A DNA stretch of 64,000 nucleotides from Candidatus Nanoarchaeia archaeon (GCA_028279765.1 JANQND010000022.1:26149-90148); one strand, 5' to 3'. Shown: positions 1 through 10,400, numbered from the stretch's first letter. Notes: generated by a model not told the origin, from the letters alone. A program made the numbers and translations.

Positions 1-401
1 CCGCGCAAAATCATAATGTCTCCTTTGCTAAAGCCATTACGCATGCTAAAGGAGAGAAAATCATCCTTTGTAATTCCATTCTGCTCATACCAGTACCCTG
101 CGTTTGCCCAATATTCATCAAAACCCTGGCCATGATGCATACTCCCGGAAACTACCGCAACAATAGGATGGCTGGTAGCAAAAGCAAAACCCAGGCCGGG
201 ATAGACTAAATACTTGATAAGAAAAAATGCAAGGATAATGTTGACGATCCAGCTCTCTACACTATCTTCATGCCAGATGAAGTACCAAATCTTACCCCAT
301 CTACCTCTACCCTTATACTTTCCTTTATTGAATCGTTCAAAATAAGCCATCAATTCCCGACCTTGCTAAACCTTTAAAAAGATTCCTATTAACTCCATTT
401 T

Positions 402-833
402 ATGGATAAAAATCCCCAATACTTCCAGGGAGTACTGCAATTAAGAAACCCCACCCAGCAGATCGTAGACTTTGTAGCTGAGCAGATAGAGAAAAAGAAT
501 AATGTCTGGATTGCAAAGACAGCAAAGCAAAAGAACGGTGTGGATCTTTATATCTCGTCAAATAGATTTCTCAAGGAAATCGGGAAAAAGCTCAAGCAAA
601 ATTTTGTAGGGGAGCTCATAGAGAGCAATTCCTTATTCAGTGTGAACCGGTTAACCAGCAAGGAAGTGTACCGCGGCTGCGTGCTCTTTCGATATTTCAA
701 CATAAAAAAAGGCGAGACCATCACTATCAAAGGAGATGAAATTAAAATCATCTCGATAGGAAAGAAAATCCTGGGGAAAAACCTTCAAACGAACAAAAAA
801 GTCCACCTAGATTTCAGTGATCTACCCAGATAA
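402..833 (+). CDS. hypothetical protein (basic, soluble)
   Basis: 143-aa ORF, Lys-rich, no TM. Its tail overlaps the convergent DUF460 gene by 12 nt. No catalytic motif recognised; any resemblance to ribosome-biogenesis OB-fold proteins is speculative. Confidence 0.45.
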   Translation: MDKNPQYFQGVLQLRNPTQQIVDFVAEQIEKKNNVWIAKTAKQKNGVDLYISSNRFLKEIGKKLKQNFVGELIESNSLFSVNRLTSKEVYRGCVLFRYFNIKKGETITIKGDEIKIISIGKKILGKNLQTNKKVHLDFSDLPR

Positions 834-2024
834 TGATCGCTCTTTCTGATAATCCATAACAATTTTCTGCAGTGCATCTCGCCGGCCTATAGATCTATCA
901 ACCAAGGTTTTTTTGATAAGAGAGAAGTCTCCCACTTGCATAAGATCACTAGGTTTGGCAAAGACAATCACAAAAGGAAAAGAAGCAATAAGGTCAGATC
1001 TGGGCTTTCTGCAAGTAACAATAATAGTGACCTTATCCTCAAGCTCTTCAAGTACCCTCTTACTATAAATTCCCACATCATCTACAAAAAGCATATCGTT
1101 TGGAACAATCCCGAGGGCTGATTTTTTCTTTTCATATTCTGAATTGCTCAAATTACGCAATCTTTTCAACAAGTAGCTATTACTTAATTTAATAAGCAAT
1201 CGCTGGTGCTGCAGTACGCCGTCCTTTAGACCAGACACTTGCTCATGGGTTGCTTTTAGTGATTTACGCAATTCAGTGTAGCGCTTCTCCTTATGACTAA
1301 ATAAGGTATCGATTCTCTTCGAATCATAGGATTGCTTTTTCGCGTTTTTCTTCTCGAGCTTGGCAATGGTGAGCCGTTGTTTCTCATTTTCTTTTTTCAA
1401 TTGATGGTTCTGCTTCTTCAAGTGTAATGAAGCTTTTTTGGTTATCTTAAGCTGATTGTACAAATGCAGAAAGTCCTTTTTTGTAAAGCTCCTCTCTTTT
1501 ATTGCTGATTTGACTATGAGAGTCTCTGTATCTTTTTCTTCCAGCAATTGAGCAGCAATTCGAATAGGAATGTCCTCTTTTATGACAAGCTGTGTTAATA
1601 GAAGAAGAATCTCTCGCTTATGCTGGCTAACCGCAAAGCGTGTTATCCGGGAAAGCACTGATGAGTATGACCGATAGGCCTCTAGAGCTCCTGCCAGGGC
1701 ATCGCGCTCGTGATCATTTTGAAAGGCATACGAAGAAGTAATATCCCGCTTGAAGTCGACTTTCATATCTTTCGAAGGAGAGCATATCTTGCTTCCTGTT
1801 TTCCTAGAAAATTGGCTCAGGAACTCAGGAATTTTGTGCTTATCTGTTCCTGCTATTATCGGAACCCCTAAAGAAGAAATTTTCCTAACCAAATCATTAA
1901 GTCCAAACTCTTTGAATGAGTTAAGCTCAAGGGGATTTCCGGAAACATCAAGTACTGCATATCCCGTTGTAGTTCCCGGATCTATCCCCACGATAACCGG
2001 AATTCGAGGCATAGTAATAAGCAC
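822..2024 (-). CDS. DUF460-family archaeal protein (RNase H-like fold N-domain + long coiled coil)
   Basis: N-terminus VIVGIDPGTTTGYAVLD resembles the YqgF/RuvC-like RNase H fold typical of archaeal DUF460. Central Lys/Glu-rich coiled coil. 400 aa. Confidence 0.65.
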   Translation of the reverse strand: MLITMPRIPVIVGIDPGTTTGYAVLDVSGNPLELNSFKEFGLNDLVRKISSLGVPIIAGTDKHKIPEFLSQFSRKTGSKICSPSKDMKVDFKRDITSSYAFQNDHERDALAGALEAYRSYSSVLSRITRFAVSQHKREILLLLTQLVIKEDIPIRIAAQLLEEKDTETLIVKSAIKERSFTKKDFLHLYNQLKITKKASLHLKKQNHQLKKENEKQRLTIAKLEKKNAKKQSYDSKRIDTLFSHKEKRYTELRKSLKATHEQVSGLKDGVLQHQRLLIKLSNSYLLKRLRNLSNSEYEKKKSALGIVPNDMLFVDDVGIYSKRVLEELEDKVTIIVTCRKPRSDLIASFPFVIVFAKPSDLMQVGDFSLIKKTLVDRSIGRRDALQKIVMDYQKERSLSG

Positions 2025-2111
2025 GGTACAGGATATATAAATGTTTAGAGATAAAAGCTACTCATTTTTGGTAAGCAAAAGATTTTTAAGTAAATTCGGC
2101 TTACTCCCGTT

Positions 2112-2765
2112 ATGCCAGACAATAACACCCTTCTCCTCTATCTTGCAAAGAAAGGAATTATCTCTAAACAGCTCGAGCTCTCAACCACTAAAATAGCCCA
2201 GGATATACAAAGTACGCAGCAAACGATCAGCAGAAAATTGGTTGAACTCGAAGAGCAGGGGTTTGTGGAGCGGGTTGCCAGTACAAGAGGTATCAAGCTT
2301 ACGATAACGCAGAAGGGAATGGAGTACCTCAAAGAATGGTACGCTCAATTAAAGTCGGTATTTAATGAGAAAAAAGACTCGCTAACAGGAACTATTGAGT
2401 CAGGACTAGGGGAGGGGGCATACTACATCTCTCTCAAAGAATATCAGGACCAGTTCAAAAAAAAGGTCGGCATCGAACCCTATCCGGGAACACTAAACCT
2501 AAGGGTAGACTACACGGAGTTTTTGCAGTTTGTTTCTGCAAAAGAAAAAATAGCAATAGAGGGATTCACCCTAAAGAACAGAACCTTCGGCGGGCTTGCA
2601 GCTTACAAAGTAAAAATAAATCAGGTTAATGCTGCAATTATATTGCCGGAGAGAACCTCTCATACAAAGGATACTATTGAAATAATTGCTCATGAGTTTT
2701 TGCGCGAGCAATTCAGGCTCAAAGACGGAGATGAGCTGGAAATTCATTCAGAACATGGGACATAA
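2112..2765 (+). CDS. ribK: CTP-dependent riboflavin kinase, archaeal type, with N-terminal wHTH
   Basis: 217 aa; N-terminal HTH (ISRKLVELEEQGFVER). C-terminal GEGAYY…EPYPGTLNL motif is characteristic of the MJ0056-type archaeal riboflavin kinase. Confidence 0.8.
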   Translation: MPDNNTLLLYLAKKGIISKQLELSTTKIAQDIQSTQQTISRKLVELEEQGFVERVASTRGIKLTITQKGMEYLKEWYAQLKSVFNEKKDSLTGTIESGLGEGAYYISLKEYQDQFKKKVGIEPYPGTLNLRVDYTEFLQFVSAKEKIAIEGFTLKNRTFGGLAAYKVKINQVNAAIILPERTSHTKDTIEIIAHEFLREQFRLKDGDELEIHSEHGT

Positions 2766-3222
2766 AATTGGAGTAGCAGATACCACGTTTGCACGGGTAG
2801 ACATGGCTCAGGTTGTAAAAAAAGCAATTGATGATAGCTTGGAGCTCGTTGAAGTAGAGCGATATGCAGTACCTGGAATCAAGGACCTTCCGGTTGCTGC
2901 AAAAAAATTACTTCAGGAGTATCAATGCGATATCGTCCTTGCGCTCGGCATGCCTGGCGATAAGCCCATCGATAAAACCTGCGCACATGAGGCATCACAA
3001 GGACTGATTCAGGCACAGCTCATGACCAATAAGCACATCATTGAAGTATTCATCTATCTTGATGAGGCACGAACGGATTCAGAATTGAAAGAAATCGTTC
3101 AAAATCGCGTCTATTATCATACCACGAATGCGCTTGCTCTGTTAAAAGGAAAAGAAGAGTTGTCTGACAGGGTAGGGAAAGGAATTAGGCAGGGGAAAGG
3201 AGATGTCGGAGGTGTTGAATAA
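2755..3222 (+). CDS. ribC: archaeal-type riboflavin synthase
   Basis: Starts MGHKIGVADTTFARVDMA, the hallmark N-terminus of the archaeal lumazine-synthase-like riboflavin synthase. Start overlaps the ribK stop by 11 nt. The track ORF 2686.. has an upstream out-of-context extension. Confidence 0.75.
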   Translation: MGHKIGVADTTFARVDMAQVVKKAIDDSLELVEVERYAVPGIKDLPVAAKKLLQEYQCDIVLALGMPGDKPIDKTCAHEASQGLIQAQLMTNKHIIEVFIYLDEARTDSELKEIVQNRVYYHTTNALALLKGKEELSDRVGKGIRQGKGDVGGVE

Positions 3223-3545
3223 TGCCAAGAAACTATCTTGGGTCAATGCAGCCAGAAGTCTATTCTACTGAAAGAGTAAATGAACTATCTCAAAGAGGAT
3301 TCACAGAGCTAGTGCAATTGGACTTAGACAGAAGAACAAAAATGAGTGTTGAAAGCTACCTCTTAGTATCAGGAAACATCGGTCCTTTCAATAAAGAAGG
3401 TGAGAAAGTTGCTGGCCAGTGGTTGCAGGATAACTGGAGCAATCTTGCAAAAGAAAACGTACAGCTTGAAGTGCTAGTAGAAGTAGGAGTGAGTGAGATC
3501 ATAGATAGGTATCATATTTTTGCACATAGTGGAGGAAATAAATAA
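3222..3545 (+). CDS. hypothetical protein embedded in rib operon
   Basis: 107 aa. Its ATG overlaps the ribC stop (TAATG) and its stop lies 1 nt before the ribH ATG, so it is translationally coupled on both sides. No recognisable motif. Confidence 0.55.
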   Translation: MPRNYLGSMQPEVYSTERVNELSQRGFTELVQLDLDRRTKMSVESYLLVSGNIGPFNKEGEKVAGQWLQDNWSNLAKENVQLEVLVEVGVSEIIDRYHIFAHSGGNK

Positions 3546-3546
3546 A

Positions 3547-3960
3547 ATGACAAACGAAAACTTAGGAATTGTAGTTTCAGAATTTAATGCAGAGATCACC
3601 TCAGTGATGCAGCAGGTTGCAAAAGAGCATGCAAAGTTTCTTGGTGCGCAAGTGGTAAAGACAATAACAGTGCCCGGATCATTTGATGTTGCGCTTGGCG
3701 TAAAGAAACTAATAGAAAGCAAAGAAATCAATGCAGTGGTTACGCTCGGCGCCATCATTGAAGGTGATACTGACCATGACAGCGTTGTTGCGCAGCATGC
3801 CGCAAGAAAGATCATGGACTTGTCAATAGAGCATAACAAGCCAGTGTCACTGGGCATCATGGGTCCAAAGATTTCCCGGGCAGAGGCACTCAAAAGAATT
3901 GAAGCCTATTCCAAGCGTGCAGTGGAGACTGCCGTGAAAATGAAACGGGCTATTGCATAA
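3547..3960 (+). CDS. ribH: 6,7-dimethyl-8-ribityllumazine synthase
   Basis: GIVVSEFN…ITS motif, typical of the lumazine synthase family, about 137 aa. I moved the start to the internal Met (MTNENLGIVVSEFN) rather than the track start at 3520. Confidence 0.8.
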   Translation: MTNENLGIVVSEFNAEITSVMQQVAKEHAKFLGAQVVKTITVPGSFDVALGVKKLIESKEINAVVTLGAIIEGDTDHDSVVAQHAARKIMDLSIEHNKPVSLGIMGPKISRAEALKRIEAYSKRAVETAVKMKRAIA

Positions 3961-4002
3961 TTTTTCCAAATATTTTTATATTCTTTTCTTCAAGTAAACT
4001 CT

Positions 4003-4365
4003 ATGAGTACCACCAAGACCCAAAATTTCATTCTCTACAGCCTGGGTAAATGGTTTGAAGAAGCAAACAAGAAAATTAAAGGGAAGCCATTAGAAGTATC
4101 CATATCGAAAGTGGTGTTCATTGAATTGGTTCAAAAGTCCGGAATTGCGCAAAAGCAAAAAAGGGCATTGTACAAAAATCTGGAAACACTCGAAAAAAAG
4201 AAACTGGTTTCTTACCAGTACAAAGAACTTGCGCTCACCAAGAAAGGAAAAGCACTGTATCAAAAAATCAACAAAGAAATAGAGCCGTTCATCAATGTGA
4301 ATAAACAATTAGCAGGAAAGAAAACAACGACCTACACGAAAAAAGTACAGACCATATTCAAATAA
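4003..4365 (+). CDS. hypothetical small basic protein, possible winged-helix
   Basis: 120 aa, Lys-rich, predicted helix-rich central segment (GIAQKQKRALYKNLETLEKKKLV). No confident family assignment. Confidence 0.45.
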   Translation: MSTTKTQNFILYSLGKWFEEANKKIKGKPLEVSISKVVFIELVQKSGIAQKQKRALYKNLETLEKKKLVSYQYKELALTKKGKALYQKINKEIEPFINVNKQLAGKKTTTYTKKVQTIFK

Positions 4366-4490
4366 CAAAAATTTGCTCAATATTTTCTAGGCAAGCACTA
4401 TAGATGAGCATATTTTTGGAATTGAAAGTTTCGCAATGAAGTATGGGGCATTAAGCCCACTAAAATCTCTAGCGAGATTTTCAATAGAAA

Positions 4491-5282
4491 TCATTTCAAA
4501 ATAATAATATTGCCGCGCCCTTTCTTAATCTTCTGAAGCTTGCCCTTCGCTTCCAGCTCCGAAATCATGAGGCTTATTTTTGCCTCGGAGAGAGGAATTT
4601 TCTTTCGAATATCCTTCTGGGTTGTTCTCCCTCCTTCCTCTTTAATGGCTGAGAGTACTCCTTCCAGATCTCCGGAATAGTCATCCGTCACAGGGTCTGG
4701 TTTCTTCTCTTCAGGAGCCTTCTGCGCCTCTTCCTCTGTCTTACTCACCACAACCTCAGTGCTCTCAGGCATAGCCAAAGAAAAAGATTGGCCTGAGGAA
4801 GATTTCTTTCGTTTCTTTCTTAGGAAGCGATAGCCAAAATAAGAAAGAATGCCCAGCACAACAATAGATCCGATAATAAACGCAGGAATATATCTCCCGT
4901 AACGCGCGAAAAACAAGGTTGGAAGTGAAGGTCCCAGGTCTTCATCATCATCCGGGATAGTTGTGTTCGACACTCTATCCAGTACAATATCAATATTGAA
5001 TTCACCATCGCTGGTTATTTCAACGATCTCAAGGGAAGAGTAGATGAGTTCTTTCTGAAAGTATTTCTCTGCTATAATTTCATAGGTTCCTGGAGGAACA
5101 AAAAAGAAATACAGGCCATTTCGTGATACATGGCTCTGCTTAGGAGTTGTGTTAATTTCAAACTGAACATTAGTAATTGTCTGAAAGGAAGAATCATATG
5201 CTGAACCATGAATGGTTGCACCTTCTACAAAAGAAGCGAAAAGTAACGAAAAGAGCAGAACATAGAATAATCTCCTATACAT
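4491..5282 (-). CDS. membrane-tethered protein: signal peptide + extracellular beta-sandwich + TM + cytoplasmic winged-helix domain
   Basis: N-terminal hydrophobic signal (LFYVLLFSLLFASFVEG). Single TM (AFIIGSIVVLGILSYFGY) followed by basic RKKRKK. C-terminus GRTTQKDIRKKIPLSEAKISLMISELEAKGKL resembles a MarR/TrmB-like wHTH. Confidence 0.6.
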   Translation of the reverse strand: MYRRLFYVLLFSLLFASFVEGATIHGSAYDSSFQTITNVQFEINTTPKQSHVSRNGLYFFFVPPGTYEIIAEKYFQKELIYSSLEIVEITSDGEFNIDIVLDRVSNTTIPDDDEDLGPSLPTLFFARYGRYIPAFIIGSIVVLGILSYFGYRFLRKKRKKSSSGQSFSLAMPESTEVVVSKTEEEAQKAPEEKKPDPVTDDYSGDLEGVLSAIKEEGGRTTQKDIRKKIPLSEAKISLMISELEAKGKLQKIKKGRGNIIILK

Positions 5283-5558
5283 GTTCCTCTTAAACCGATC
5301 ATAGTTTAAAAATCTTTCCCTAAAAAGAAGGCGTTATAAAGCTTTATAAAGTTTTAAAGGCACTATAATTCATTAAATAGGTTTTTTTCAAAACAAAGAA
5401 AAAGAATGTTTATAAACCAAAGACTGATCCACAAGAGTTGGGTTAATCAAACTGGTTAGCTCTAAGATTGGCTATCTTATAAAGTATTTTTTTATTTTTT
5501 TTATTTCTAGTTCTTGGCTTTACCAAAATATAAAAAGGGATCGCTATTTGAAAGAGTA

Positions 5559-6623
5559 ATGATAGAAATAGATGGGTCAAAGTATGAAGGCGGGGGGCAG
5601 ATTATCAGGACTGCACTTGCACTTTCCACAGTTACAGGGAAAGCCTTCAGGGCAATGCACATCAGAAAAGGGAGAACAAAACCTGGATTGAAAGCCCAGC
5701 ATTTGCATGGGATCAAAGCCTTAGAGTCATTGTTCAATTCCAAATCTGAATATGCAAGGCTAGGTTCTGAAGAATTAGTGTTTTACCCAGGTGTTCAGCA
5801 TCAAAAATCAGTAGAAATAGATATTGGAACTGCAGGGTCCATATCACTGATACTCCAATCCTTGGTTATCCCTTGCCTCTTTCAGAAAAATCAAACAAAG
5901 TTGGCCATTAAAGGCGGGACAGATGTGCAATGGTCGCCCCAAATGGACTATTGTAAATCAGTATTTCTTCCGCATCTGAATAAATATACAGAAAAGCTAG
6001 AGCTGACCATAAAAAAGAGGGGGTATTATCCTAAAGGAAATGGCGAAGTAGAGTTGCTCATAAAGCCAAAGGGTACCTTTGAAGAGCGGCAGCAAGCAAA
6101 TAAAATACAGCTCATCAATCAGGGGTCTCTAATGCAGATCAGGGGAGTCTCACACGCATCAGAAGATCTAAGCAGGGCTCAGGTAGCAGAGCGGCAAGCT
6201 GATGCTGCAAAACACGCACTCAATCCACTGCATTGCCCGGTTTCCATTCAGACAAGCTATCAAAACACTGACTCGACAGGATCAGGAATTGCGCTTTGGG
6301 CAGTATTTTCGAAAGATGGTACACAGACGGATGAACAGGATCCCATTATCATTGGGAATGACATTCTAGGGAAAAAAGGAAAAAGTGCCCTCGATGTAGG
6401 CAAAGAAGCTGCAGTCGGGCTAAAAGAAGGAATCGAGAGCAAAAAACCAGCAGACCCTATGCTTGCAGATCAGCTCATTCCTTTTATTGCACTGTTTGGA
6501 GGAGAAATTCACACTTCGTCAATAACCGATCATTGCAGAGCAAATGCCTATGTCTGCAAAAAATTCCTAGGGAATGTGATTGAGATTGATGAAGAAAAAG
6601 CAGTAATTCGATCGATACTTTAG
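5559..6623 (+). CDS. rtcA: RNA 3'-terminal phosphate cyclase
   Basis: IEIDGSKYEGGGQIIRTALALSTVTGKAFRAMHIRKGRTKPGLKAQHL matches conserved RtcA N-terminal motifs. Start placed at the internal Met at 5559; the track start 5514 adds 15 aa. Confidence 0.8.
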   Translation: MIEIDGSKYEGGGQIIRTALALSTVTGKAFRAMHIRKGRTKPGLKAQHLHGIKALESLFNSKSEYARLGSEELVFYPGVQHQKSVEIDIGTAGSISLILQSLVIPCLFQKNQTKLAIKGGTDVQWSPQMDYCKSVFLPHLNKYTEKLELTIKKRGYYPKGNGEVELLIKPKGTFEERQQANKIQLINQGSLMQIRGVSHASEDLSRAQVAERQADAAKHALNPLHCPVSIQTSYQNTDSTGSGIALWAVFSKDGTQTDEQDPIIIGNDILGKKGKSALDVGKEAAVGLKEGIESKKPADPMLADQLIPFIALFGGEIHTSSITDHCRANAYVCKKFLGNVIEIDEEKAVIRSIL

Positions 6624-6849
6624 ATAGCAAATACTAATACTCATATTTCCCGCTAAAATTGCAACAATAGCGCAAATCGCAAAGTGATAGAAAACAAGGT
6701 TTTCTAGCATGCTCAGAAAGCAAACCAAATTAATCTGTTGCTTTCTGACATATCTTTGCGAAGGTTTCTGAGCAGGCGAAGAAACCGTTTTGCCTGCTCT
6801 TGTTGTTGCTATTTTCATATATTCAACGAAGGGGGATCAAACGATAGGT

Positions 6850-6857
6850 TTTTAAAT
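6850..6857 (+). promoter_or_regulatory. TATA-like box for Zn-ribbon/aEF-1beta operon
   Basis: TTTTAAAT centred about 27 nt upstream of the ATG at 6881, which is typical archaeal TATA-to-start spacing for leaderless mRNAs. Confidence 0.3.
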
Positions 6858-6880
6858 GCCCTTCAAATTCTAACTAGAAA

Positions 6881-7057
6881 ATGTCAGAAGAAAAACCAGT
6901 ATGTATATCCTGCAAAAAAAGGATAACCAACGATCCGGGAAGATCATCATTTGCTTGCCCAAAATGCAGCACAGAGACTATCATTAGATGTTCTGCCTGC
7001 AGAAAACTCGCAGTAAAATATACCTGCAAGAAGTGCGGGTTCACAGGTCCTAATTAA
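6881..7057 (+). CDS. small Zn-ribbon protein (not in ORF track, 58 aa)
   Basis: I translated it as MSEEKPVCISCKKRITNDPGRSSFACPKCSTETIIRCSACRKLAVKYTCKKCGFTGPN, with four CxxC pairs. Its stop is 1 nt before the aEF-1beta ATG. A Zn-ribbon gene upstream of aEF-1beta is the conserved archaeal arrangement. Confidence 0.65.
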   Translation: MSEEKPVCISCKKRITNDPGRSSFACPKCSTETIIRCSACRKLAVKYTCKKCGFTGPN

Positions 7058-7058
7058 A

Positions 7059-7337
7059 ATGGCATCCGTAATAGCAACCGTTAAGATCATGCCTACGTCA
7101 CCTGATGTAGACATTGAAGCACTAGAAAAAAAAGCAGTAAGTGAAATCACCACTTTTTCAGGAAGTGATGAGACAAAAACGGCAATTGAGCCTATTGCAT
7201 TCGGTCTCAAAGCACTAAACATTACCTTTGTAGTGGATGAGGCAAAAGGATCACCTGATCCCGTTGCAGAAACTATTGCAAAGTATGAAGAAGTAAATTC
7301 TGCCGAAATTGTTGATGTGCGAAGAGCGCTTGGATAA
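7059..7337 (+). CDS. elongation factor 1-beta (aEF-1beta)
   Basis: 92 aa; MASVIATVKIMPTSPDVDIEALEKK…IAFGLKAL…EVNSAEIVDVRRA is the archaeal EF-1beta guanine-nucleotide-exchange-domain signature. Confidence 0.85.
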   Translation: MASVIATVKIMPTSPDVDIEALEKKAVSEITTFSGSDETKTAIEPIAFGLKALNITFVVDEAKGSPDPVAETIAKYEEVNSAEIVDVRRALG

Positions 7338-7413
7338 AAGTATATTTTTTTAATCTATTTCTTTATGTTTTAGAATTGTTAGAAAAAAGAAGGAATAAAA
7401 AAGAAAAAACAGT

Positions 7414-10400
7414 TTAAGAAGTCAGCCTCTTTACAAAGCTAGACGAATCTGCTGAAAGACCTGTCGATCCTTCTGCTGCAACAGTGGTTCCTGAATAACC
7501 GCTTCCTCCTCCACTTGATGAAGATGAGCTGCTACTTGAGCTTATTCCGTGCTTCTCCCTGTAGGCATCGTAGAGGTCTGATGGGGAACCAGAGGGATAG
7601 TAGGTAAAGACGAAGAGATTATTACTAATCCACATATCCAAGTCATATTGCCCATCGTTAATATCACAGGAGGTATAGTGTCTTAGCTGGTTGCTAGTCT
7701 CTTCTTCGGAGTCAGGATCAATTTGTTCACAACCTACTCCTTCTGCTTCTTCAGTTAAGTCAGAGAGAAATTCAGTGGCCTTATCAGAATTTGAAAAGGA
7801 GAACACTACACCGAAAGCCTCAGAACCATTATAGAGGTACTCAGCTTGGAAAGCTACATCGTCGTCTCCTTCATCCACATCATATTCCTCATACTTGAAG
7901 TCTCCAATATCTTCTCTGATAATGTAGTCATCAACATCACCTTCATATTCAGGCTCATCTGAGCTTCCGGGACCACCATTAGAGATGATGGAAACCTTGA
8001 ATGCAAGCTCATGTGGATGTGTAAAAATAGTCCAGACATCCTGATCAGCACTGGTATCTCTGCGCAGGAGGTTCCCAAACTTAGTGTATCCTCTTGAGAT
8101 AGCAGGGTTGCTATCAAAAGTAAGCATTGACAACTCAAAGTCAGGTAGTTCTTTAACGGATCCATCAAAGTCAATATTCTGATTTGATTCTTCAAGAGTG
8201 AAAGCAAAACAGAATGTGTCTTGACTTCCATCGTCCTCTTGCTCAGGCTCAGTAAAGAAAATACTACATTGGTCAGGACTTTCCGTCGAATTTGTCAACT
8301 CTATTTCTATGCCGGTCACTGTCCAGAGTCGTGCAATTCCATCTCCATCATCAGTTAGCTCAGTGCCTGTGACACACCTTGGCTCAGAAAGATTCTCAAC
8401 TCTTACTTTGTAGGTGTAGCCATCGATATTCATATCAGCAACTCGTGTGCTCGGGTCAAAATCGAACTCCATAACATCACCGCTCCCAATATCCTTTATC
8501 TTAACGTGCTTGCTATCATCGGCGTTTTTGATATTAGTCAGTTGAAGCACTCTGGAGTTCTCATTACTTTCCACAACAAAGTAGTTCTCATCACAAATAT
8601 AAGACCCTTCTTTCACATGAAGCTCCTTTCCGCTCTTCTCTCCAAGATGAATAAACGAAGTAGATGGGGGGTAGGCGAATACGAGTGGAGCGTTATAATC
8701 TATTCCGTTTTTGCTAGTGAAGGAAAGCCTCATATTTTCGTCAGAAAGACGATCTATTTTGATTTCACCTGGGTATTTATAAATTGGAAATCCTCTGTAG
8801 TGATAGTCTAGCCCAAAAGTCTCCAGGAATAGAACATAATCAGACTCCCCTTTATTCTTCGCGCTCTCTATTAGTGAATCTCCAAGATTTAGATCGGAGG
8901 TAGGAATAAGGGCAACAACGATTTCTTTTAGGTGGACATCCCCGCTATTAAGCTCATGCTCTACTTGGACATAAATATCATCCAATCCGATCCTGTCATA
9001 TATATCAAGCTCATTATTTACGCCATCAAAAACGATTTTCTCAGCTCCGAGATAGAACTCGACAATATTCTGTACGACATCTCCGTTCTTTACAGGAACT
9101 ACCTCTTTAATTCCTAGTACTGTACCATCCTTCAGAGTGAACATTTCATCAGCAGACAAAGAGGGAGTTACCTCATCATTAATGACAAACTTTGTTGTAG
9201 CAGTCTTTGAGGAATTTCCAGAAACAATCATTACAATAGTATCGTACTCCTTCCCTTCAATAGTATAAGTCTTATTTTGCCCTACTTCAACTGTATCCTG
9301 TACATCTCCTCTCATAAGGATAAGCTCTACACCGCCGGTTTTTAGTTCAGCATTAGTAACTGCATACTCCTTTCCAAGCATACTAATCGTACTACTCTCA
9401 AAATCCTCAAGATGGCTATCGCTGTCTACATCTGAGACGGCATCTTCGACAAAGCGAAGCTCATAGCTTATCAAATTCTTATTACTGGGAAAGTTCAGCA
9501 TCAATACTGGATCATCGCTGACTTCATCATCTTGATCCCAGATAACTCGAGCACCATCTGGTGCGCTGATTCTTTGGGTGTAAGAGACGGTTTCCTTTCC
9601 ACGGAATGTTCCGTCACCGAGGGTACTTAGCTCCTCAGAAGTGAGGATAGCCTTAATAGTTCTCAACTCCTGGTACAGGTTCAGCTTATCAGTTGTCGAA
9701 GCAAAACCATACTCATCGCCTTCTGGACCACCAGCCTCGCACTTCCCATTGCTGCAGCCATGCTCACAAATTTGACAGCTTCCGCCGCCACCATAAGAGA
9801 CACATTGGTTGTTCTCACACTGATAGTGAGTGTATGAAGTACATGCACTGGAGCCGTTACAATAGTTTGAACCTTCGCTTGGGCAATCTTCATTGCTATT
9901 ACATTGGATTGGTTCATCAGCAGGGTATCTTTGCAGGTATGCCCTGACAATCGGTTCAAGATCAGGCAGGCTTCCATCGCTACTCACACTAATTGAAACT
10001 ACCCGATCATTACTTGGCCACCTTACTTCGTTACTATAGGTTGAATAAACCTTGCCATCTCCATCACTATATTGATATACAGTCTCTAACCAATACACGG
10101 TATGGCTAATACCATCAACAATAATAGTCCTTTGCTCAATATCTTCACCATAACGAAGCCAAGAATCAAAGTGCTGGGATACTGCTGAGTCTCCTCTCGA
10201 TACCCGAACAGAAACCCAATCGTATTCCTCAGGGTCCTGATAGTATCTAGCATAGAATGATTCGACCGAGTCTGAGTACCATCCATAAGTTCCCACTTTT
10301 ACCTTATAATTTTCAATATTTTCTCTAATCAAAATCTCATCAAGCTGTTCGGAGCTATACACTCTAAGGCTTCCCTCATTGATCCGAATATACTCTGGAA

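Noticed and set aside
2686-2754. Upstream extension of the ribC ORF overlapping the ribK C-terminus
   Set aside because: The archaeal riboflavin synthase hallmark MGHKIGVADTTFARVDMA starts at 2755. The extension is the ribK reading-frame overlap.
6567-6926. ORFs 6567–6818 (-) and 6738–6926 (+) in the rtcA/EF-1beta intergenic region
   Set aside because: Low-complexity; they overlap the rtcA 3' end or the Zn-ribbon promoter and ATG, and have no coding-like composition. The true gene here is the 58-aa Zn-ribbon at 6881–7057.
7490-7530. Ser10 run in the 1289-aa protein as a possible DNA-level simple repeat
   Set aside because: At the nucleotide level the Ser codons are mixed (tca/agc/tct…), so it is not a slippage-prone SSR, unlike the (GGY)12 and (AAAG)9 tracts.
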